From the NCBI GenBank assembly GCA_050011875.1, contig JBEKIG010000015.1:56084-120083 (forward strand): 64,000 bases of DNA. The letters are read 5' to 3'. Within the stretch, counting starts at the first letter, position 1, and every line of letters begins with the position of its first letter. Positions 1 to 8,812 of this stretch are shown one piece after another. The notes beneath the pieces were generated by a model that was not told where the DNA came from, ran no database searches, and was given only the letters and a program-made list of their open reading frames with translations. The position numbers were made by a program, and so were the translations under genes. The stretch comes from Nitrososphaeria archaeon. GTDB lineage: Archaea > Thermoproteota > Nitrososphaeria > JACIWG01.

Positions 1-545
1 AATCCTTCGACAGGACAGTACTGCTCGGGGCACACCCGGAACCTAAAGGGGACATCAGGGGGAAGCCTGAACTTATACCTGATATGAATCAGAGGGCATT
101 CAACTACGTGATCAAAACACCCTCCGGAACAGTCTACGATTCTGGTGACTCACACTTCGCAAACTTATACCTCAAACATGGAAGGGATCACAAGATAGAC
201 ATAGCGTTCTGCAGCTATGGAGACCCTCAGATCGGACTGACCGACAAAATGACGGCCGAAGACGCCTTGAGATTCGCCTGGAGCCTGAACACGAAGGTCC
301 TGATTCCCGTCCACTGGGATCTGTGGTCAACCCAGATACCTGACCCTCACATAATCTATGATATGCACAAGTCCTACAAGAGCAAACTCAAGAGTGAGGG
401 ATACGGTTTCAACCTATTCATCTGGAGGCCAGGCGGGAGGTACATGTGGCCAGACGACAAGAATCTGGAATGGTACACATATCCAAAAGGGACCGAGAAA
501 CTCGATCCGAACAGGGCAGTAATGTTCTACCCATCCTTCCTATAG
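1..545 (+). CDS. ulaG: L-ascorbate-6-phosphate lactonase UlaG-like metallo-beta-lactamase-fold protein (5'-truncated by window edge)
   Basis: Frame is open from the window start (SFDRTVL...). Motifs NYVIKTPSGTVYDSGDSHF, HKIDIAFCSYG, TDKMT, IPVHWDLWS and the terminal PSFL match the C-terminal half of UlaG. Confidence 0.85.
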   Translation, partial: SFDRTVLLGAHPEPKGDIRGKPELIPDMNQRAFNYVIKTPSGTVYDSGDSHFANLYLKHGRDHKIDIAFCSYGDPQIGLTDKMTAEDALRFAWSLNTKVLIPVHWDLWSTQIPDPHIIYDMHKSYKSKLKSEGYGFNLFIWRPGGRYMWPDDKNLEWYTYPKGTEKLDPNRAVMFYPSFL

Positions 546-893
546 AACAAAATTCCCTTTTTATATTCCAAAGATATTGCGATCCTGAGCCAAAATCTAA
601 GGTAATGTAACGGTTAGTGACCTGAATATATTGGAAGTATCCTTCATCTTTTTATCGGCTGCCATATTATACTTCTTTTTCAACAAGACCTATGCAATCG
701 AATGTACGATCAATAATCTTAGCTTTCAAGCTTATTTGCAGGGCGAGTGTAAAGGCTTATGTCGATTGTTTGATGTTTGAGTCCATAACAACTTTAGCCT
801 TTTATTAATTTATTACCTAAATGGGTATGGGTCCATATTACATCTTTTGCTGATAAAAAATTTGGTAAGGCCTCCCTTAAGAGACCTATTCCT

Positions 894-1210
894 TTACTTT
901 TTGAGAGACTTCAAGGCCGCTTGTACAATATTGCCGAATTCATCAGCTGAAAGTACAGCATGAACTTCGAACAGAATGTAGGGCTGGTATTCCATTAGGG
1001 CTGCGTAAAGCTCCTTTTCACCTAATTCGGTGATAGCATACCCCATCGACCCGTCAACGGACACCCCCCATTCCTTGATTCTTCCCTTGCTTAAGTCCCC
1101 TTTAATCGCCTGTGTCATGCCAAGAACCATTTTTAACATCGCTTCTTGCTCTGTAGGTAGCAGGTTTATATTCGGCTTCCAAATTATCAGATGGTATCTC
1201 TCTTGTTCAA
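894..1210 (-). CDS. small hypothetical protein (probable dimeric alpha+beta barrel); 5' end apparently frameshifted
   Basis: ORF 894..1139 stays open upstream (RYHLIIWKPNINLLPTEQEA). A GGAG-preceded TTG at 1210 is 2 nt out of frame across an AG repeat. Confidence 0.5.
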
Positions 1211-1439
1211 ATACTTCTCCCTTTAAAGTGCCTTTATTAAGCCAATTTCTGACTGTGCTTTCTGAAACACCTAATTCCTTACTTGCTTGGGAAACGGATA
1301 CGTAGTAGAAATTTTTTCTTCAATAAAGTGAAAACAGCCCCAGCAACCTTTGTAAATATATTCGTTTTCCCATATTATTTGTTTGTCTATGTCGCTTTGG
1401 CAGCTCAGCTTACGGTATATTTTTGCCGAACATTTTTGC

Positions 1440-2000
1440 CTAATTGTGAACTTTTTGGGAGAGTTCTTTCGCCCAGATTCTGATGACGTTCCAGTCTCTC
1501 GTATCATAAACTCCAGGCTGTATTGCTTTATAGACAGCTTCTATCTTCGGCCTTCCTCCCTCCAGCGCCCTTTTGGCCCACCATGGCACTTTATTGTAGT
1601 CGTAGATACCGCTAAATAAGCCCAAAGCGATGGGTTGCAGATTATACTTGGCGGCTTTTTCTTCAAGAAACTCCCCTCTGGCTCTAGCAATCATGTCAGG
1701 TTTTCCTTCATTTAGTGCTTGGCAGCCAGTGCCGCAGGAGACGAACAGTGCCACTTTCTTTCCTGCCAGCTCCTTCTGAAACCTTTTCAGGAACTCTTCA
1801 GGCTCACTGGTCCACCTCCTCATCTGGATTCCACTGCCAACAATGACAACATCATACTCAGCTATGTCTTTGATTTTTTCTTGTTTTGCGTTAACTACTC
1901 GGACTTCTAAACCTTCTTGTTGGAGTATGTTTGCAATCTCTTCTGATGTGCTTGCTGTTGCTCCATATCGGGTTCCATAAACAATCAATACTTTAGTCAT
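1440..2000 (-). CDS. flavodoxin-domain protein (HemG/Flavodoxin_5-like)
   Basis: KVLIVYGTRYGAT FMN-binding loop; YDVVIVGSGI; C-terminal DTRDWNVIRIWA. Confidence 0.85.
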   Translation of the reverse strand: MTKVLIVYGTRYGATASTSEEIANILQQEGLEVRVVNAKQEKIKDIAEYDVVIVGSGIQMRRWTSEPEEFLKRFQKELAGKKVALFVSCGTGCQALNEGKPDMIARARGEFLEEKAAKYNLQPIALGLFSGIYDYNKVPWWAKRALEGGRPKIEAVYKAIQPGVYDTRDWNVIRIWAKELSQKVHN

Positions 2001-2681
2001 GCGTTAATAGCTCCATGACTTGTCGCATTGCGGTTTAATAGTACGCCTACTATTCATGCTGTCATGCCTAATAATGGTGGGACGATGTTTAAGCACCTTA
2101 ATTTCTTTTGCCAACATGACAAAACACCCGATAATTAATAGCCTATGTCTATTATATATGATTTTAGCGTGTGCTACTGACAAGTCATTACTCACTAGAT
2201 AGCTCTAGCTTTAACAAAAATTAGCTTTAAACTAATCTGAGATCCACTCAACCTTAAGACTTAATTCAACCCCTTGGAAATCAGGCAAGCGCAGATGTTG
2301 CGACGGAATTAAAACCTAAAATAAATGACCTGTTGCGGAATATAAGAGGTTTGACGCTTTATAAAGAATATCAATAACAATTAAAGCAGAGAGTTCTTAG
2401 AAATGCTGAGGAAGAGCTTCGAAAATTGACTTTAATTGATGAAAAAGTATGTGATAGAGAAGAGTTGAATTTCATAGACATAGGTACGAGAGGTAAAAGG
2501 CTTTAAATAAATGTAAAAAGTTAAGATAACTGTAATGAGTAAAGGCACTAAAAAAATGCTTTCATGTAAAAGCGGAGACATGGAATAATTATTTTGAAAA
2601 TAACAGAAAAGGCTAGGAATAAACTAACTCAAATATCCTATGCGTTATAATATAAAAAAATGTTGTGAAGGTGTTTCTTGA

Positions 2682-2948
2682 TTATTCGATGAGTTTTCTA
2701 GCTTCTTCTGCGGGTACTGCGACGAGTGTCTCAGTTGTGATGTGTTCTCCCCTTCTCATCGCGACTTTCATAGCTGTTTTTTCATCAGGCGCTTCAATTA
2801 TGACGACATTGTCGTATCTGCCTAGTGTATAATAAAATCCAAGAAATTTCACTCCTTCTTTATTTTCTTTTTCCATGAGCTTCTTGTTTTCAGCAATCAT
2901 TTCCTTTGTTTGCTTGTGCCTTGACTTACATAACATGATAAAGATCAT
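2682..2948 (-). CDS. GYD-domain protein
   Basis: YYTLGRYDNVVIIEAPD and TTETLVA motifs; 88 aa. Confidence 0.85.
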   Translation of the reverse strand: MIFIMLCKSRHKQTKEMIAENKKLMEKENKEGVKFLGFYYTLGRYDNVVIIEAPDEKTAMKVAMRRGEHITTETLVAVPAEEARKLIE

Positions 2949-3096
2949 TTTATCACTTATGTGTTAGAAAGAACCTTCTCCCTTATAAGAGTATTTAACC
3001 TTCACAAATAGCCACAATCTATTTTTATTTTAAATGAGACCAACCTTTTATTTGTCCGAAAGAGTTTTTTTCATCGTTAGGTCTCCTAATGCGAAT

Positions 3097-4113
3097 TTAT
3101 CGGTTTGATGAGTGTATGAACCGGTTGATGGCGTCGGCTATCTGGGTAGGTTGATCGAAGTTGTCGAAGTGGCTGGCGTTCCTGACCCATTCCATCTGGA
3201 CATTGGGGCATTTAGTCGCAACATCCGCAAAGATGGATGGAGGTTGGGCCGGGTCGCTGTCGGCCTGCAGTTGCAGCACCGGGAAGGGGAAATTGTTTTT
3301 GCAGATTTTGCCAATGGCGGTGTCGAGGTCCCAGTTGCTGCTCAGGAAATATTTTGGGTTCATATTAGCCACTCCGGGGCGTGAAAACTCATAGACCAAG
3401 TAATCGCGGTCCTCCAGGTTGAAGGGGGTGGTCATGCGCCTTTTGTAGACAAAGTCAATGAACCAGCCGGAGTTCTGCATCATGTAAGTTGCTATCCAGT
3501 TGTTTTGGAATAGGAGCCATTGGGGTTTTTGAATGTAACCCGCTATCTTTCCCCTATTGTCTTTCCATTTTTGAATCAGATCCGCTTCCATGCGGACATA
3601 CCCCCGGATGCGTTCCGGATGATCGCTGACCAGCACGCTACCGATGATTGTCCCCCAATCATGAGAGACTAGGTAGAACTTTTTGATGCCCAGGCTGTCC
3701 ATCAATTTGACAGTTTGCTCGGCTACAACGTGCCAGTTGTAGTTTCTGTCTTTCAAGTCCGAACGGCCATAGCCCTTCATGTCAATGGCAATCAGTCGGT
3801 AGCTGTGGTCCACCTGCGGCAGCACATAGCGCCAAGAGTACCAGCCCTCGGGTAGGCCGTGCAGGAACAAGATCACCTCGCCATCGGGGTTGCCTTCGTC
3901 CACGTAGTGCCATTGTATGCCATTCACCACCCGATCTTGGTGATTGAACTGGGCGTCAATTTTGTCATGTGTGGCCTGGAAGTCCGCCCGAAATTTCTCA
4001 TATTTCTTGGATAGGTTCTTTGCGCGGAATGGGGCATAGATCCAGATGAATGCTGTCACTAGAAGTCCAAGGCCTACTAGAGTCAGAACGAACACTTCCA
4101 AAATAGCCCACAT
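3097..4113 (-). CDS. alpha/beta hydrolase (epoxide hydrolase-like) with N-terminal membrane anchor
   Basis: FLHGLPEGWYSWR, IDMKGYGRSD, nucleophile SHDWG, ASHF; hydrophobic N-terminus. Confidence 0.85.
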   Translation of the reverse strand: MWAILEVFVLTLVGLGLLVTAFIWIYAPFRAKNLSKKYEKFRADFQATHDKIDAQFNHQDRVVNGIQWHYVDEGNPDGEVILFLHGLPEGWYSWRYVLPQVDHSYRLIAIDMKGYGRSDLKDRNYNWHVVAEQTVKLMDSLGIKKFYLVSHDWGTIIGSVLVSDHPERIRGYVRMEADLIQKWKDNRGKIAGYIQKPQWLLFQNNWIATYMMQNSGWFIDFVYKRRMTTPFNLEDRDYLVYEFSRPGVANMNPKYFLSSNWDLDTAIGKICKNNFPFPVLQLQADSDPAQPPSIFADVATKCPNVQMEWVRNASHFDNFDQPTQIADAINRFIHSSNR

Positions 4114-4250
4114 CGTAATTGTTCTCCTCGTAGTATTATATGTTGTAAATTATACTTAGTATAAATGCTTTAGCGCGCGCTACAGGTTAAGGAAAATTTA
4201 ATTTCATACACCCCTTATTTCTTCTTGGATTCTGTCTTTTTTTTTACCAA

Positions 4251-4424
4251 CATGCCTTAGATCTCATTGAAGGAGTAAAAGCCTCTACTTCAGAGGCTCT
4301 AATCGCAGTTTTTGAAAGTCTAAAAAGCATGTACAGAAAAGACGAAGACTCAGACACCCATCCACCTCTACAAGATAGAATCAACCGATTAATGCACCTT
4401 TTAAACTCAGATAATCGAAGCTAA
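4251..4424 (+). pseudogene. C-terminal remnant of an M48/HtpX-like metalloprotease
   Basis: Translates to ...EALIAVFESLK...DSDTHPPLQDRINRL; no N-terminal part or HEXXH motif. Confidence 0.55.
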
Positions 4425-4765
4425 CATAATTATGTAACAATGAGATCACCAATTAATTAAGGTGGAAATCCTGTTAAAATAACTCCAAGCTCAGGCAGAC
4501 AAGGTGGTTTAAACCCTCTTTAAACCCTTAACCTGCACTATTTTGTAGTTAACACCCTGGTGCCGAGGCCTTAAACTGGTTCAGGTAACACCGACAATCA
4601 AGCTGGCTCAGCTATTTGGATCTGTTATTTTTTAATTTCTTGCCCATACATCATTAAAGCCATGTCAATCTGTCTTGCTGTTTTTCCATGCTTCTTTGCC
4701 AAATTGGTAAAAATCATAGCTGAACAAAATAATGATTTGAGCCGGAATTTTTTAAGGATATTTAT

Positions 4766-4942
4766 TTTGGCTCAATCAAAAAAAAATCGGAAACGCTATC
4801 GATAAACATTCTGCATGTTGGCTCTGCAAGATCCCCCTGTGCAATATCGTGCATCATATCGCTCTCATGCAGAACGCATTTAAGTTGAGCCAACAGGAAA
4901 TAGTTATCGATAGCATTTTGTTTTAAAACGTGTTGAGCCAAA
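4766..4942. repeat. 177-bp imperfect palindrome (MITE-like or origin-like)
   Basis: TTTGGCTCAA 4766 / TTGAGCCAAA 4933; GCTATCGATAA 4795 / TTATCGATAGC 4904; TGTTGGCTC 4816 / GAGCCAACA 4887. Confidence 0.7.
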
Positions 4943-5093
4943 CCAAATTTAGATGTTTGTCTTTAACATATCAGAAGCTCAGTTTAAGGTCATGTGCGGA
5001 AACCAAGAGGCCATGCAAAAGAACATTCAGGCCTCACTGAATGAGATAAAGAACCTGAAGCAGGACCTATATAGAAAGGGCAATATTTAGGAT

Positions 5094-5293
5094 ATAACCA
5101 AACTGGTTATATAACCAAACTGGTTATGTGCCCCTTACGTTTACCATATTAGTAAATGGCTCCCGAGCCAGGAGCCAGACTCGTTTCATAGCAAAAAAAT
5201 CGCATGTTTTATCACTATTTTTTTTAGGTAAATTTGGACTTGAAACGACCTTAAAAACTGTTTACCAATCTGGGAAATAACCAAATTGGTTAT
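5094..5293. repeat. cluster of five 17-bp palindromic sites (ATAACCA-N3-TGGTTAT consensus)
   Basis: Identical tandem copies at 5094-5110 and 5111-5127; near-identical copy at 5277-5293; degenerate copies at 5140-5156 and 5261-5277. Confidence 0.75.
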
Positions 5294-5631
5294 GACTTAT
5301 TCCTTACCGATAATATGAAGTATGCTATCTCACAGATAAGTACGACTACGGAACCAACCCCAATAATCCAGATGAATAATGTGATGGAATCATCATTCTT
5401 TTTAAAATACCTCATACATCTGCTCTATGACCTTGCGTAATGTGCCCTTATCGGGGTACATCTAACTTAGGAAAAATCGTAGCCGAGATTTTGGCTAAAT
5501 GAGTTGGGAATCTAATAATAGCCTCGATCGATCGGGTGCACCAAATTCCAATGTTTCACGACAAGTCTTGATTCATTCGAAATAGTTAACCTTTTAAATG
5601 CAAACAAAGTATTGATAAATGGGTAAGCACT

Positions 5632-6186
5632 ATGGATTTATTCGAAGTCATTGATAAAAGAAGGAGCATACGCAATTTCAAGAATGAACCTGTAGCTACA
5701 GAGCATTTGAGAAAGATTTTGGAGGCTGGACGTTTAGCACCATCAGGTGGCAACCGTCAACCATGGTATTTCATAGTAGTCAGAGATTTAGAGACAAAGA
5801 AGGCGGTATCCGCTTCAAGCAAGATGGAGAGGAATCAAAAGCTCCTTTCCAGTGCAGATACGATAATTGTATTGGTAAGTAACCCAGAATTGGAGAAAGA
5901 ACATAGGTCTCCGTTTGTTTGCTCAGAAAGATCTTGGTACAAACAGGATCCGATGTTAGCTGGAGAACATATGGTTCTAGCTGCGACTGCACTTGGGTAT
6001 GGGACGTGTTGGATCGCAGGTTTTAATGATTTTGAAGTTAAGAAGATTTTAAAGATTCCTGAAAATCTAGCAGTTATCGCGCTAATTGCCATTGGTATCT
6101 CAAATGAGAGCCCACCCCCAAGAGCTTTAAAAGCATTCAAGGAAACTTTCTTTAAAGACTCCTTTGGAATTCCATTAGAACTATAA
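5632..6186 (+). CDS. nitroreductase family protein
   Basis: RRSIRNF, APSGGNRQPWYFIVV and LAATALGYGTCWI motifs. Confidence 0.92.
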   Translation: MDLFEVIDKRRSIRNFKNEPVATEHLRKILEAGRLAPSGGNRQPWYFIVVRDLETKKAVSASSKMERNQKLLSSADTIIVLVSNPELEKEHRSPFVCSERSWYKQDPMLAGEHMVLAATALGYGTCWIAGFNDFEVKKILKIPENLAVIALIAIGISNESPPPRALKAFKETFFKDSFGIPLEL

Positions 6187-6214
6187 TTGGATAATTATCA
6201 TTGGTTCTTTATTC

Positions 6215-6562
6215 TTAATGTGTTGGCAGCCTTATTATGGCTTCATCCGTTGGCAGTTCTCTCACGTATTCCCACCCCTGCAGTATCCAGTTCCTAACCT
6301 CATTAGTAGGAACAATTTTTTGACGGGAATTGCCATTTAGTCCAAGTGACTGCATTGATTTCTTGTTGAATAGTTCCTATAGCTGCTTCGGTGAAAACTT
6401 CGACAAGTCCCCAAGCTCCTTAATTTCTTCTTCAGTATAGCCAGCTATCTTCAAAAATTGACGATTAAATGTTGCAATAACTTCGTCTTGGCTCAATGCT
6501 CCTTTATTGGTTGTAACAAGATACTTCTCAGCCGCCTTTGCATAGGCCTCCCGCATCTTCTC
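6215..6562 (-). pseudogene. C-terminal fragment of an archaeal tyrosine integrase
   Basis: EKMREAYAKAAEKYL...QL*ELF...RQKIVPTNEVRNWILQGWEYVRELPTDEAIIRLP with an internal TAG; lies about 20 bp from the tRNA-Ala 3' end. Confidence 0.7.
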
Positions 6563-6581
6563 CTAACAAATTTCTAATTAG

Positions 6582-6680
6582 TGGACCAGGCGGGATTCGA
6601 ACCCGCGACCTCACGGATGCAGTCCGGAAAACTTCTTTGGAAGTCTTTAACCGTGCATTCTACCCCTGAACTACCGGCCC
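6582..6680 (-). tRNA. tRNA-Ala(TGC) with 27-nt intron at position 33/34 (6622-6648)
   Basis: GGGCCGG/CTGGTCC acceptor with G3:U70; TTCGAAT T-loop; removing the intron gives the loop TT-TGC-AT; relaxed BHB motif. Confidence 0.88.
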
Positions 6681-6862
6681 ACATTTTAGGTAATCTGTTT
6701 ACCATATTTATACATAAATCTTTGTTCTTAAAAAGTTTGAAACTATATGTTAAGACACTAAATTCGATAATAATTCAATATTATTAATACTAGCACTTTT
6801 GAGAACGTCTTTTAAGGTAAAAATTTTGGAAGGGAATCCGACTGTCATGTTAGGTTCGAGAG

Positions 6863-8119
6863 CTAAAATATGGAGAGCCTTGAGGATAATAGTGGAACAA
6901 TTATTTCTTCTGCGGTCATTCCTCCATGAGCGCCCAGAAGCGGTCTACTTCTGTCTTCATCAAAGTAAGGATACTGCAGAGCATTGTTACTTCGACTAAG
7001 CGCAATCACATCCCCTACCGTTGTTTCAAGTGATTTCGAATTATCTACTTTTCCAAAAGCTCCCCGCATGATCAATTCTCTAGAATTGTGCAGGCTAAAT
7101 CCATCCATTTTCTTTTCAAAAGCGTCTTTGAGGAGTTCTATTTGTCCGTTTTTTGAAAATAAGAAAGTAGCTCTGCTATCTCCGACAGGGGGCAGTAAAA
7201 GGTTTTCAAGGATTTCAGGATAGTCTTTAAAGAAGTAAATACCTGATACTTCTGAAACTCCATGGTCTGCTGTTAAAAGGATCAGCGTTTTTTTCTTTGT
7301 ATCTTTGGATAATTTATTGAAAAGCGTGTTTTTTAAGTTGTATTCCAGTGATTGAAGCACAGAAGTAGCCTCCTCGGAGTATGGTCCATACCTATGTGCT
7401 AAAGCGTCGAAGCCGCTGTAATACATGACAACAAGAGCACGACTTGAATTTTCCAGTTCGTTCCTGCAACGTGTGAGCATATCCGACTCCAAAATGTAAG
7501 GAGCCACTTCTAGGTCTCTATGTATCACTCTGGACAAGCCACTTTCTACTATGGAACCCCTTGTCACAACCACGGCTTTAATGTTATAGTTTTTAAATGA
7601 GGACATCCATGGTTTGACTTTCTTTGAGTACTCTTCAGCGATGTCGATCCTATTGCTGACACCGTAGACCGGCTGCATACTTAAAGTGTTAAAGATTAAG
7701 CCATACTCTTTTGAAAACATCTGGTACCCTATTATGTTATGCTCCGACGGAGACATACCGGTAAAGATGCTTGTTAAAGAAGTTGACGTTGTCGCGGGAA
7801 ATGTGCTCGTTAAAGGCTTTGAAGTGCCTTTCTCAGCTAAATACGATAATACTCCCCTATTGCTAGCAATGTACATCAGAAAGCGGCTGTAACCTAAACC
7901 GTCAATTATCAGAAGGAGGACTTTATCAACACCTTGGAGATCATCTAGGTAATCCTCAGGAAACTTGAATGAGACGAGAGAGTCGATGCCGTAAATTCCA
8001 CCAATGATTGAAGAAATGTTTCTTACATTGAAGTTTTGGTAGTCCGGTAAAACGAAATCATCAAGAAAGGAATGGTGGCCTACAAAATCGGTCATTTCAT
8101 CTTTAAGTTTTGTGTCCAT
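6863..8119 (-). CDS. alkaline-phosphatase-superfamily nucleotide pyrophosphatase/phosphodiesterase
   Basis: LIIDGLG, TSTFPATTSTSLTSIFTG, DALAHRYGP, LTADHG, GAHGGMTAEEIIVP. Confidence 0.9.
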   Translation of the reverse strand: MDTKLKDEMTDFVGHHSFLDDFVLPDYQNFNVRNISSIIGGIYGIDSLVSFKFPEDYLDDLQGVDKVLLLIIDGLGYSRFLMYIASNRGVLSYLAEKGTSKPLTSTFPATTSTSLTSIFTGMSPSEHNIIGYQMFSKEYGLIFNTLSMQPVYGVSNRIDIAEEYSKKVKPWMSSFKNYNIKAVVVTRGSIVESGLSRVIHRDLEVAPYILESDMLTRCRNELENSSRALVVMYYSGFDALAHRYGPYSEEATSVLQSLEYNLKNTLFNKLSKDTKKKTLILLTADHGVSEVSGIYFFKDYPEILENLLLPPVGDSRATFLFSKNGQIELLKDAFEKKMDGFSLHNSRELIMRGAFGKVDNSKSLETTVGDVIALSRSNNALQYPYFDEDRSRPLLGAHGGMTAEEIIVPLLSSRLSIF

Positions 8120-8126
8120 ATGCTCT

Positions 8127-8447
8127 TCAATCCTCTGTCAGTGTCAATATTCTTTTAAAGGTTCCAATCTGTGCTATTAGCACTGATGTAGTCCTGCCTC
8201 TCTTATCTCCCGAAAGAAAGATTTTCCTCAGTTCATCCTTCGTAGGCACTCTTTCATCTTTGAGAGATGGCGTTTCTTGGACTCCTCTAATCTTCGGTCT
8301 AGTCTTTAAATCTCTATCGTTGAAAGAAAGACACGAGCGTACAGCCTTCACATTTTAGTTAACATATCCACTTGCAAAACCCTTTTTCTCCAAATCACTC
8401 ACAAAATCCATCAAAACAGCCTTAATCTTGGAATTCTCCGTTTTAGA
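8127..8447 (-). pseudogene. N-terminal fragment of an archaeal tyrosine integrase
   Basis: VLMDFVSDLEKKGFASGYVN*NVKAVRSCLSFN...TPSLKDERVPTKDELRKIFLSGDKRGRTTSVLIAQIG; breaks off just before the catalytic Arg motif; abuts the tRNA-Ile 3' end. Confidence 0.7.
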
Positions 8448-8448
8448 A

Positions 8449-8523
8449 TGGGTCCAGCCTGATTTGAACTGGCGACCTTTCGGTTATCAGCCGAACGCTC
8501 TAACCAAACTGAGCTATGGACCC
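8449..8523 (-). tRNA. tRNA-Ile(GAT)
   Basis: Cloverleaf GGGTCCA...TGGACCCA; anticodon loop CT-GAT-AA. Confidence 0.93.
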
Positions 8524-8812
8524 ATCATAGGTGCAAGGCAAATCTGACTAATATAAAATTTTTGTACGCTCTTGCCAATCATTGGAGCAATTTAAGAAAG
8601 CACATCATGCTCAGAAGAACTCCCTGATATCATTCGACTTATGCATCCTTCTTAAGAGTACCCATCTTCCAAGTGCATCAGCCGGAAGTCGCATTTTTTA
8701 ATTTGTTCGTTTAATGGAAATACTTTAAAATATTTACTGAAATCATTATTTTTGACTACTCAAGATTGATATCTAAAACGTCTAGATACCCTTAATTACT
8801 GCCCTAACGCGG

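Noticed and set aside
827-834. TGGGTCCA matching the tRNA-Ile 3' end as a possible att site
   Set aside because: An 8-bp match is expected by chance.
5094-5293. CRISPR array or Xer/dif site
   Set aside because: The repeats abut without unique spacers and there are no cas genes. The 7-3-7 symmetry does not fit the 11-6-11 dif layout.
6582-6680. tRNA-Cys(GCA) reading of the intron-containing tRNA
   Set aside because: G3:U70, the A73 discriminator and the BHB geometry all indicate Ala(UGC).
8575-8640. Possible box C/D sRNA on the minus strand (ATGATA...CTGA-GC-ATGATG)
   Set aside because: No clear terminal D box, and the putative guide is sense rather than antisense to the 23S match.
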